From positions 124,001 to 188,000 of the forward strand of contig JAWLHB010000010.1 of the NCBI GenBank assembly GCA_041690595.1: a stretch of 64,000 nucleotides of DNA. The letters are read 5' to 3'. The notes beneath the pieces were generated by a model. It was not told the DNA's origin, did no database searches, and saw only the letters and a list, made by a program, of their open reading frames with translations. Origin of the DNA: Lentisphaeria bacterium. GTDB lineage: Bacteria; Verrucomicrobiota; Lentisphaeria; JABSQK01; JAWLHB01. The position numbers and the translations under genes were made by a program. Positions 55,875 through 64,000 of the stretch are shown here, in pieces (the stretch's first letter is position 1; every line of letters begins with the position of its first letter).

Positions 55875-58070
55875 TTATGCCATCCTTCCGGTCAGAGCCA
55901 CGGACCTGCGATACTCGGGGATCTCGCGTTCGATTACGGCCTGCACGTAGGCGATTTTCCACTCGAGCATCTTGGCGTCGGTGACATACTCCATGCTTGG
56001 CTCCCAGCCGAGACGCGAGTCTGCCTGAACGAGGGGAATCGCCGCCCGGGCATTGGCAATCTCGGCCGCTCCCAACTCGGCCATGGCATCGAGAGTGGCG
56101 GTCATCTCCTCCGGCTGGCATGAACGCATCAGGGTCTGATTGAGGAGATACCAGCGTTTGACGTGCAGGGTGGTCACAAGGAAGTGGCGGACGAAGCGGC
56201 AAAGGGCGAGGAAGCGCAGGCCAGTCTCACGCTTGGACTCGGGGGCGAGCGTCACGCCCTGGGCCAGGTCATCAAGCCCCTGCTCCCAGCGCTCGATCAG
56301 CCCCTTCAGGACCTCGATCTCGACGTGAATGCGGGCTGAACCGGGCGACTGCCGCGGATCGTCGAGCGGACGGTAGTTGGTCAGAACGATGCCTTTATGC
56401 CAGGCGTACGGGGCGCTCGCCAGCTGGAGATCCTTGGGCATGAACTGCCGGGACATGACGGGCTGGAAGATCAGGGGATAGGAGGGACCGACACGCATCG
56501 GCCCGTACTGATCCTCGTTCGTCGGCAGGTAGCCGTTCATGACGTCGCTGAAGGCCTGCCAGGCGCTGAGCACCGAGGCGACCGCGGCCTCCCCGTAGTC
56601 CCGCCGAATGAGTCGTTCGGCAACAATCTCCGGCGAGGGCGACGGGGACCAGAAAGCCCATTTGGCCATCTCGGCGACCGGAGACGGCCACCAGCCATAA
56701 TGATGACATTCCATGAGGCCAGCGAGCCCCCACTGCCGGTGCGCGTCGGTGACGGCACGATTGCGGGCGGCCCACTGAAAGGGGGCGGGGATAAAGGGCA
56801 CGGTGCCGAAGTCCCAGGTCATGCCGGCGGTGTTGGCCATGGCGTAGAGGCGAATGCCGCAACGCTGGGCCTCTGCCGCCTCGGACCTGAAGTAGTCTCC
56901 GGGACCGGCAAACGATATGGTGTAGTCGACCGTGACATGGGTAACGTCATCGTGGCGGCACTGCTCGAACATCTCAAAGGTGACGAGGAGAGTGATATCC
57001 GTGGGCAAGGCGCGAATCAGGGCCAGACGTTCCTGCTCGGGAGCCCACCCCCAGTTGTAGGTCCAGAAGACGATATCGGCATCAGGATTGTGGCGGCGCA
57101 CCTGATCCTTCACCATGCCGACCCACTGCGGAAAGTCGGTGCAGGGCCACCAGCCGGGGCTGGGCTTGACATCGGGAATGCCGCTCTCGGGAAGGTGTTT
57201 CCAGGATCTGCCGGTTGTGCGCGGATCGCGACTGGGAAACTCGACGCTTTCTCCGACCATGACGACACCCTTGGCGCCGGGACATGCCTCGAACAGCGCG
57301 CCGTAAGTCTTCTCGTAGTAGCTCTGCGCGTCGGGATCGTCGGGATGCTTGTCGCTCTTGAGGTAGCTGTAGAGGTAGACATCGATGCCGCGAAGGGCGG
57401 CGCGACGGACCAGATCGTTGAAGTCGCAGTAACCGCGGGTTGTCTGGTCGACGGCGCGGGCAAAGAGGAGGACGGCGTTCAGGCCATGGTGAGCCATCAG
57501 ATCGAGGTGGGAGTCGGGAAACTGGTCAATGCCCCAGCCGGAATGGACCATGCGGGGCGCGAAGAGAGGCTCGCGGACAACATCGCCCAACTCCAGCATG
57601 GGCGCCTCGCGCAGGTTCAGAAGCTCTTCCACGTGATAGCAGCCCTGGATGCCTCCACGCGCGTCGGCACCGCAGATAACCACGCGTTCCGCCTCCCGGA
57701 GCAGCCGATAGCTTCCCTTAACCTTCAGGCCGCAACTGCTGGAGTCGAGGTCGTCAGCCGTGCCGATGACCAGAACGTGAGCGTCAGTCGCCGCCTGGGC
57801 GAGATCCGCCACCGGCTGAAGGAGGAGTGGCAGTTTCATGCTGACGAGGAAGTAATCCTGCAGGTCCTTGGCCGCGTGCATGAGGGAGGCATCCGCCCCG
57901 TCCCGCACGATGATACGCCAGCCATTGGCAATCTCCACTTCGCCACTGGCACGCACGGCCTGCGCGTCGCGGCGATCCGGGCGATGGAGCTGATCGAGCC
58001 GCTCCCGAAAAGCAAATGGCCGTTCCTGCCCCAGCGCTGCCAGAATATCCTCAGAATCCCACTTCATCAT
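55875..58070 (-). CDS. Putative glycoside hydrolase of unassigned family (GH20/GH67-like N-terminal domain plus barrel)
   Basis: AAKDLQDYF...GSYRL......ICGADARG..QGCY..E is a typical GH20b/GH67 N-domain, followed by a long aromatic-rich alpha/beta region. AAGGAG RBS. Confidence 0.55.
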   Translation of the reverse strand: MMKWDSEDILAALGQERPFAFRERLDQLHRPDRRDAQAVRASGEVEIANGWRIIVRDGADASLMHAAKDLQDYFLVSMKLPLLLQPVADLAQAATDAHVLVIGTADDLDSSSCGLKVKGSYRLLREAERVVICGADARGGIQGCYHVEELLNLREAPMLELGDVVREPLFAPRMVHSGWGIDQFPDSHLDLMAHHGLNAVLLFARAVDQTTRGYCDFNDLVRRAALRGIDVYLYSYLKSDKHPDDPDAQSYYEKTYGALFEACPGAKGVVMVGESVEFPSRDPRTTGRSWKHLPESGIPDVKPSPGWWPCTDFPQWVGMVKDQVRRHNPDADIVFWTYNWGWAPEQERLALIRALPTDITLLVTFEMFEQCRHDDVTHVTVDYTISFAGPGDYFRSEAAEAQRCGIRLYAMANTAGMTWDFGTVPFIPAPFQWAARNRAVTDAHRQWGLAGLMECHHYGWWPSPVAEMAKWAFWSPSPSPEIVAERLIRRDYGEAAVASVLSAWQAFSDVMNGYLPTNEDQYGPMRVGPSYPLIFQPVMSRQFMPKDLQLASAPYAWHKGIVLTNYRPLDDPRQSPGSARIHVEIEVLKGLIERWEQGLDDLAQGVTLAPESKRETGLRFLALCRFVRHFLVTTLHVKRWYLLNQTLMRSCQPEEMTATLDAMAELGAAEIANARAAIPLVQADSRLGWEPSMEYVTDAKMLEWKIAYVQAVIEREIPEYRRSVALTGRMA

Positions 58071-58180
58071 CCGTCTCCTTTAAATTTGACGATTTCTGCA
58101 CGTGGCATACACTCTCCACTCCCGGGCAAATGTCAACGCCGGCTCTGCAACTCTGTGCGGAAGGCGCCGTGGGAGAGACG

Positions 58181-59293
58181 TCAAGAATGGCAAGGGAGGG
58201 ACGACGAGCGGAGGACCGTGTCGATCATCCCCTGGTAACGGGGGAAGCAGATCTCGCCCTGCCCGCGGATGTACGGCGAGGCAGTGGGACTGACGATGAG
58301 CCCCTTGCCGTCGTCAAAGGCATCGGCGATGAGCTGAGCGGTTTCGGTGCGAATCTCGTCCGGTGTCGCCTCATACATGCGATGGATCTGGATGTTGCCT
58401 TCCAGGCAGAGCTTGCCACGGGCCATGGCTTTGGCTTCACGCGCGGTGATGTTCCCCTGTGGGGGTGGCTCGAATGGGTGAAGTACGTCCACACCGGCAT
58501 CGATGAAGCCCTGGAAGACGTGCTTGATGGAGCCATGCGAATGGACATGAATGAGGGCGCCGCCCTCATGGAGGAGATCGATGATGGGCTTGTCATAGCG
58601 GACATTGAAATCCTGGAAATCGCGCGGTCCGTGGAGCGGCGGGACAATATACTCCTCGCCGAGCATGCAGAAGAAGGGGCCGACACCGGCGGCGAGCAGG
58701 TAGCTGACACGGCGCTGAATGATCGTCATCTGGCGCTCGCAGAGGCGATGGAGCAGATCCCGATCGGTTACGGAGAGGAGGGCAAAGGTCTCGGAGCCGC
58801 AGAGTTCAGCCGCATAACCGCCGGGATTGAAGCCTATGCTGGCCTCGACGATGCCGGCGTCACCCATGCTGGCATCGGCAGCGAAGAAGGCGGCGGTATC
58901 GCCACCGAGTGTGGGCAGCGGCAGGGTGAGGAAGGCCTCCGCGTCGGCCGGGCTTTTGATGAAGTAGGATTCATGGAGTCCGGCCTGCCCCTTGAGGCTT
59001 ACCAGTGAAGTCCGGGTGAGCGTTCCGGCGGGCGTCTCGAGGGTCTCGATGCGCCGTTCCCAATCTTCGGAGTGAGGCTCTGTACGGCACTGGATAGGCA
59101 GGGGCTCCTCGATGACCGAGCTGCACCATCCGCCCTTCAGATCGGTCTTGCTGTCGATGAGAGCGATGAGCTTCGCATAGGTGGGATCGTCAGCAGGAAA
59201 GCCGCGACGACTGAAGACGGCGGGCCGATCGGTTTCCTGATTGAAGTAGCACCGGGTAAGGCGTTCGCGACGGGTCATGGACGCGTTCCTCAT
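58181..59293 (-). CDS. URO-D/MtaA-CmuA-fold protein (copy 4, HxH motif)
   Basis: MTRRERL, LETPAGTL, IKSPAD, HVHSHG, GVDVLHPFEPPPQG, LCLEGNIQ, GLIVSPTASP. Confidence 0.82.
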   Translation of the reverse strand: MRNASMTRRERLTRCYFNQETDRPAVFSRRGFPADDPTYAKLIALIDSKTDLKGGWCSSVIEEPLPIQCRTEPHSEDWERRIETLETPAGTLTRTSLVSLKGQAGLHESYFIKSPADAEAFLTLPLPTLGGDTAAFFAADASMGDAGIVEASIGFNPGGYAAELCGSETFALLSVTDRDLLHRLCERQMTIIQRRVSYLLAAGVGPFFCMLGEEYIVPPLHGPRDFQDFNVRYDKPIIDLLHEGGALIHVHSHGSIKHVFQGFIDAGVDVLHPFEPPPQGNITAREAKAMARGKLCLEGNIQIHRMYEATPDEIRTETAQLIADAFDDGKGLIVSPTASPYIRGQGEICFPRYQGMIDTVLRSSSLPCHS

Positions 59294-59299
59294 GGTTGA

Positions 59300-60847
59300 T
59301 CAGGCAATGCCGAAGAGACGCATCGCGTCGCGCTCGATCGATTTCCGGTGCTCTTCACCAATGAAGCTTTCGGTATAGAATTTGACTATCGGCTCCGTTC
59401 CGGAGGGGCGCACCAGAGCCCAGCCGCAGTCGTCCTCCAGGTAAAGCTTGATACCGTCGGAGTCGCGCAGATCGACGACCTTCCGATCGCCGATGCGATT
59501 GCCTGTGGCGGCGAGCCGCTCGGTGACTTGGTCCTTGGTAAGCTGGCGCAGACTGGCGCGAAGCTGGTCGTTGGCAGGTTGGTCGTTGCGGGCATAGGCG
59601 GGGCGACCATATTGCTCGGCCAGTTCGTCGTAGAGCTGCTTGAGGTCCTTACCGGTGACGGCCATGATCTCGGCAAAGAGCATGACAGCGGCAATGCCAT
59701 CCTTTTCAGTCGTCCACCGGAAGAAGGACATGCCGGCGCTCTCTTCACCCGCCACCAGATAGCGATCGTTGAGCAGACCATGGACGAAGTGCTTGAAGCC
59801 GACATCCATTTCGTCAACCTGACGGCCGTTGGCGCGGGCGATGCGGTCGAGCAGGTGCGTGGTGCCGATGGTGCGCCCGATGGCGAGATCGCCCGGCCAC
59901 TCGGGGCGATGCTTCATGAGGTAATCGGCGACAACACAAAGGGCATGATTGGGGTTGAGGAGGCCGGCCTTGCCGGTGGCGACGCCAAAGCGGTCGGCAT
60001 CGGGATCCGTGGCGCCGGCCATCTCGAAGCGATCCGCGGAAACGAGATCGAGCAGTGGCCTGAGTGGATAGGTGGAAGATGGATCCATGCGGACCTTGCC
60101 GTCGTAATCGACGGGAACGAAGCCGAACGAGGGATCGAGGGTGCAATCGACGATCTCCATGCTGTCCAGCCCCCAGGCGATGAGGGCTTCGAAGTAGCGG
60201 AGCGCCGCGCCTCCCAGCGGATGGATGCGAATCTTGAGCTTCCGGTCGCGAATGGCCGCGAGGTCGACATTCCGAGCGAGGCGCTCGATGTAGGGCCCGA
60301 TGAGGTCCTTGTCTTCGATGAGGCGTCCCTGGGCGCGGGCCTGATCGAGAGATTGGCAATGGATGGGACGGTTGCCGGCGAGGCATTCATTAGCCATGTT
60401 CTGGATGGCGCCGGTGGTCTCCGGGCCAGCGGGGCCGCCCTGTTCGGGATTGTACTTGATGCCCATATCCTCGGGCGGATTATGAGAGGCCGTGCCGATG
60501 ATGCCGTCGGAGATCTCCGGATCATGGAGGATGGCCAGGGAGAAGACTGGAGTGGGAACAGCTTGATCGGGAAGAACGACGGTGGCGCCGTTGGCGGTCA
60601 GAACCTGAGCACAGAGGCGGGCGGTTTCGAGGGAGAGCAGCCGGGTGTCGCCGCCGATGAGGATGGCCTTGTCATAGCCACGCTCCCGGCGCAGGTCGGC
60701 GACAGCCTGGGCGACGGCGAGGACATGACGCTGGCTGAACTCGCGCCCGAGCTTGCCACGATGGCCGGAGGTGCCAAATTTGACGGGGGCCAGATTCTCG
60801 TCGGTGTCGAGGAAAGCCTGCTTGAGAGCCGCTGCGTCGAATGCCAT
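59300..60847 (-). CDS. pgm: Phosphoglucomutase (alpha-D-phosphohexomutase)
   Basis: FGTSGHRG, PTPV, TASHNPP, KYN, RMDPSS, DPDADR, GFK, GEESAG, RPSGTEP. Confidence 0.92.
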   Translation of the reverse strand: MAFDAAALKQAFLDTDENLAPVKFGTSGHRGKLGREFSQRHVLAVAQAVADLRRERGYDKAILIGGDTRLLSLETARLCAQVLTANGATVVLPDQAVPTPVFSLAILHDPEISDGIIGTASHNPPEDMGIKYNPEQGGPAGPETTGAIQNMANECLAGNRPIHCQSLDQARAQGRLIEDKDLIGPYIERLARNVDLAAIRDRKLKIRIHPLGGAALRYFEALIAWGLDSMEIVDCTLDPSFGFVPVDYDGKVRMDPSSTYPLRPLLDLVSADRFEMAGATDPDADRFGVATGKAGLLNPNHALCVVADYLMKHRPEWPGDLAIGRTIGTTHLLDRIARANGRQVDEMDVGFKHFVHGLLNDRYLVAGEESAGMSFFRWTTEKDGIAAVMLFAEIMAVTGKDLKQLYDELAEQYGRPAYARNDQPANDQLRASLRQLTKDQVTERLAATGNRIGDRKVVDLRDSDGIKLYLEDDCGWALVRPSGTEPIVKFYTESFIGEEHRKSIERDAMRLFGIA

Positions 60848-61102
60848 AATCGCTGTCTTGCTCGCTGTAATGAAGGTGGCTGGAAGAAGGTGGACGGGTG
60901 GTTGGATATGCAGGGTGTATAGTAGATTCACCCTTGCGTGCTTTGCAAACGCTGGCGGAAGAGTTGGTGGACCGATCCCGGGGCGGCTATCCGCGTCGAA
61001 AACATTTGACAAGGCACCATTGCCGACCCATTGTACGTGGCTCTATCGCGATTGACAAGAACCAAAGCGTACAGACGCAGGCGAGGAAGAGAGGCAGGCG
61101 CG

Positions 61103-62362
61103 ATGAATGCATTGGTGGTGGGAGGCGGCGGCCGCGAACATACGCTGGCCTGGAAACTCAAGCAGAGCGAGAAGATCGCTACGGTGTACTGTGCCCCGGG
61201 CAATCCGGGCATGGCTGGTATCGAGTGCATCGAGATCGGTGATTTCGAGGCGCTTGCCGACTTTGCCCAGACACATGACGTGGGGCTCACGGTGGTGGGG
61301 CCCGAGGCGCCGCTGTGCGCCGGCCTGGTGGACGTATTCCGGGCGCGTGGTCTGGCCGTTTTCGGCCCGGACAAACATGCGGCGCAACTGGAAGGCAGCA
61401 AGCGTTTTGCCAAGGATTTCATGGTCCGACATGGCATACCGACCGCGGCCGCGCGAAGCTTCACCGAAGCCGGGCCCGCCATCGATTACCTTCACCAGGT
61501 GGAGATGCCGGTCGTGGTCAAGGCGGATGGACTGGCGGCAGGCAAGGGGGTGACGGTGGCAGCCACCCGCGAAGAGGCCATTGCGGCGGCGACGGCCTGC
61601 TTCGACGGCGCTTTTGGCGAGGCTGGCGCGGAAGTGGTCGTGGAGGAGTGCCTGATTGGCGAGGAAGCGAGTATCCTGGCCTTCGTGGACGGCAAGACGA
61701 TCAAGCCTCTGGCCTCATCCCAGGATCACAAGCCGATCGGCGACGGCGACACCGGTCCCAATACCGGTGGCATGGGAGCATATTCTCCGGCTCCAGTCGT
61801 CGATGAAGCGCTCTGGGCGCAGATCGACGAGCTGGTCCTTCAGCCATTCCTGCGGGGTGTGCAGGAAGATGGCCTGGATTTTCGTGGCATTATCTATGCG
61901 GGCGTCATGGTGACGGCGGAAGGCCCCAAGGTCCTCGAGTTCAACGTGCGCTTCGGTGATCCCGAGACGCAGGCCGTGCTGCCGCGGATGACGGGAGATC
62001 TGGCGGAAGCCATGCTGGCCTGCATCGAGCAGCGACTTGCCGATTACGATTTTGAATGGAGCGACGATACGGCGGTTTGCGTCGTGCTCGCTTCCGGCGG
62101 CTATCCTGGGCCGTATGAGCAGGGCAAGCAGATCGATGGTCTGGCGGCCGCGGAAACGAATGGCGCCATGGTCTTCCATGCAGGCACCAAGCGGGTGGAC
62201 GGGCAAATCGTGACGGCTGGTGGCCGCGTGCTGGGCGTGACGGCTCTGGGACCCGATATTCGCACCGCGGTACATCGATCCTACGAAGCCGCGGACAAGA
62301 TCAGCTGGGAAGGCGTCTACAAACGCCGCGACATCGCGCACCGCGCCCTGGATCGTCTATGA
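61103..62362 (+). CDS. purD: Phosphoribosylamine--glycine ligase
   Basis: VVGGGGREH, APGNPG, VGPEAPL, LEGSK, KADGLAAGKGV, QDHK, GPNTGGMG, EFNVRFGDPE, GGRVL. Confidence 0.97.
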   Translation: MNALVVGGGGREHTLAWKLKQSEKIATVYCAPGNPGMAGIECIEIGDFEALADFAQTHDVGLTVVGPEAPLCAGLVDVFRARGLAVFGPDKHAAQLEGSKRFAKDFMVRHGIPTAAARSFTEAGPAIDYLHQVEMPVVVKADGLAAGKGVTVAATREEAIAAATACFDGAFGEAGAEVVVEECLIGEEASILAFVDGKTIKPLASSQDHKPIGDGDTGPNTGGMGAYSPAPVVDEALWAQIDELVLQPFLRGVQEDGLDFRGIIYAGVMVTAEGPKVLEFNVRFGDPETQAVLPRMTGDLAEAMLACIEQRLADYDFEWSDDTAVCVVLASGGYPGPYEQGKQIDGLAAAETNGAMVFHAGTKRVDGQIVTAGGRVLGVTALGPDIRTAVHRSYEAADKISWEGVYKRRDIAHRALDRL

Positions 62363-63504
62363 CTCGCAACATTCTCTTTGTCGACTGCTCAACAGCCCAT
62401 GGGGGGGCTCAGCGGAGCCTCTACACGCTGATCACGCAACTGGACCGAGATCGTTACCTGCCGCACCTGCTCTGCGGAAACGACTCGTTGCACGGCCTGT
62501 TGAAGCAATGCCGTCGCCGGGAGATTCACAGCGGCTTTGTCTCGATACGCAGTTGGCGTCGCAATGTGCAGGGGCTGCATCACGCGGTGGTGGACTTGGT
62601 AAAGGCCAAGCCGATCGTGAACCGGTGGCTGGAAAAGCACAAGATCGATCTGGTTTATGCGAATGGCATCCAGAGCGGCCTGCTCTGCGCCATGAGCATC
62701 CCAAAGGAAATGCCGTTGATTTTTCATAATCGGGACTTCCGCGGGCCGAAAACTGCTTTCGGACGCGTACTCAAGCGGGCAAATCGCGCGATCATGGTCT
62801 CCGACTTCCTTCTCGATCACTGGCGGCAGCTCTTCCCTGACTATGCGGAGAAGATGGTGCGCGTGTACAACGGCTTCAATTTCGAGCAGATGCAGAAGTT
62901 GCGTGAGGGCTACAACTATCGCGAGCAGCGCGGCTGGAAGAGCGGTGTGCTGGCGGTTTCGGTGCTGGCGGATCTGATGCCGTGGAAGCGCCAGGATCTC
63001 TTTCTGGAAGCCTTTGCCAAAGTGCGCGAAAAGCATCCCGATGCCTTTGCCTTCATTATCGGCGGCACACGTGACGAAAAGGCCGTGGCCTATGAACAGA
63101 AACTGACCAAGCTGGCCGACAAGCTCAACCTCACCCAGCACCTCGCTTTCACCGGCCATGTCGACAATCCATTCCCGCTCATCGATGCCAGCGATGTCAT
63201 GGTATCGACCGCCGAGAACGAACCTTTTGGACGTACGATTGTAGAGTCCCTCTTCTGCGGAAAACCCATTGTCGCCTGCGACACGGGAGGACCGGCGGAG
63301 ATCGGACAAGGATGCTGCGCGGTACACAACGTGCCGCCAACGGCCGACGCGCTGGCGGATGCCATTCTCGCCTGTGCATCGGTTTCCGTGGCCGGCCGCG
63401 GAAGAGTCGCGGATGCGGCCATAACCTGCGCACGTCGGTTCACCGTTGAATCGCATGTGCAGGCGATTACTCAGATTCTCGATGAATGCCTCAACCCAGC
63501 CTGA
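62359..63504 (+). CDS. Glycosyltransferase family 4 (GT-B)
   Basis: GGAQRS, VYNG, WKRQD.FL, FTGH, EPFGRTIVESL..GKPIVA...GG..E. ATGA overlaps the purD stop. Confidence 0.9.
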   Translation: MTRNILFVDCSTAHGGAQRSLYTLITQLDRDRYLPHLLCGNDSLHGLLKQCRRREIHSGFVSIRSWRRNVQGLHHAVVDLVKAKPIVNRWLEKHKIDLVYANGIQSGLLCAMSIPKEMPLIFHNRDFRGPKTAFGRVLKRANRAIMVSDFLLDHWRQLFPDYAEKMVRVYNGFNFEQMQKLREGYNYREQRGWKSGVLAVSVLADLMPWKRQDLFLEAFAKVREKHPDAFAFIIGGTRDEKAVAYEQKLTKLADKLNLTQHLAFTGHVDNPFPLIDASDVMVSTAENEPFGRTIVESLFCGKPIVACDTGGPAEIGQGCCAVHNVPPTADALADAILACASVSVAGRGRVADAAITCARRFTVESHVQAITQILDECLNPA

Positions 63505-63570
63505 CGCCTCCGTTGCCTATGCACGGCAGGCCCAGTACAGAACCACCTTTATCTCAACACGAGACACGAT

Positions 63571-64000
63571 ATGCCACTGACACGGATCAAGGACCTCTTC
63601 CGTCCGGCGTGGAAACAGAGTAATCCCGACGTACGGCAGCAAGCCGTCCGCAAGATGACCGCCAACGACTATGACACCCTGCGCGAACTCATCCTGACGG
63701 ACGAGAGCCCTAAGGTTCGTCTTGCCGCCACCGAGAAAGTGACCGATCCCCGGCGCTGGGAAGCCCTGCTCGCGGAGAAGCCGCCGCAGGAAGTCGCTCA
63801 GATGCTGCGCGAGAAGCTGAAGGGACACTGGCGTTCGGAAGTCATGACCGTTCACAAAGTCGAAGCAGCCAGCCGTCTCCTCGACCAGATCGACGATCCG
63901 GAGCTGTTCGCCGAGGTTGGGGTGGAGGCAGAAGCGCCGGAGGTTCGCCTTCTCGCAATCGAGCGCATCCAGGATCAGCATCTGCTTTGTCGCATTGCCG
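63571..64000 (+). CDS. Partial alpha-helical repeat protein (DUF349-like N-terminus), runs off the window
   Basis: Translated by hand: MPLTRIKDLFRPAWKQSNPDVRQQAVRKM...DESPKVRLAATEKV...EVRLLAIERIQDQ, with no stop before the end. Confidence 0.7.
   Translation, partial: MPLTRIKDLFRPAWKQSNPDVRQQAVRKMTANDYDTLRELILTDESPKVRLAATEKVTDPRRWEALLAEKPPQEVAQMLREKLKGHWRSEVMTVHKVEAASRLLDQIDDPELFAEVGVEAEAPEVRLLAIERIQDQHLLCRIA

Noticed and set aside
41363..59293. Calling the URO-D-fold genes hemE
   Set aside because: The HemE RQAGRY motif is absent, and there are no haem-pathway neighbours
1..64000. CRISPR arrays, rRNA, intact IS/transposase, prophage or defence genes
   Set aside because: No regularly spaced repeats or diagnostic motifs were seen in any intergenic region or ORF

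Overview
A 64-kb high-GC bacterial chromosomal window, most likely from the PVC superphylum (Lentisphaerae-like). The main evidence is a 51-aa PVC 'small basic protein' gene at 12923-13078 that the ORF track missed. Housekeeping content: hisD, an archaeal-type IMP cyclohydrolase (PurO-like), rodA, a complete sufBCDSU-rrf2-sufT operon with a candidate Rrf2/IscR box, an ArfB-like factor, citrate synthase with an unusual insertion, thrS, ettA, tRNA-Pro(CGG), nadC, a WecA/MraY-family transferase, rubredoxin (also missed by the track), pgm and purD. Signalling content: a four-gene two-kinase/two-regulator cluster with a cysteine-less LOV-like PAS domain, and a separate pseudo-kinase-receiver protein coupled to rodA. 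The accessory right half (about 33.5-59.3 kb) holds carbohydrate enzymes (GH13, GH28-like, a 1473-aa GH66-like/GATase-like/HEAT fusion, an unassigned GH-like protein), two FAD oxidoreductases and four URO-D/MtaA-fold paralogues with differing metal-ligand motifs. It also holds several decayed genes (RibD/DHFR stub, frameshifted EEP gene, AraC remnant abutting the tRNA). The best candidate for an undescribed system is the URO-D-fold plus glycosidase plus FAD-oxidoreductase module. No CRISPR array, rRNA or intact transposase or integrase was seen. All family calls come from motif recognition by eye, not database searches.
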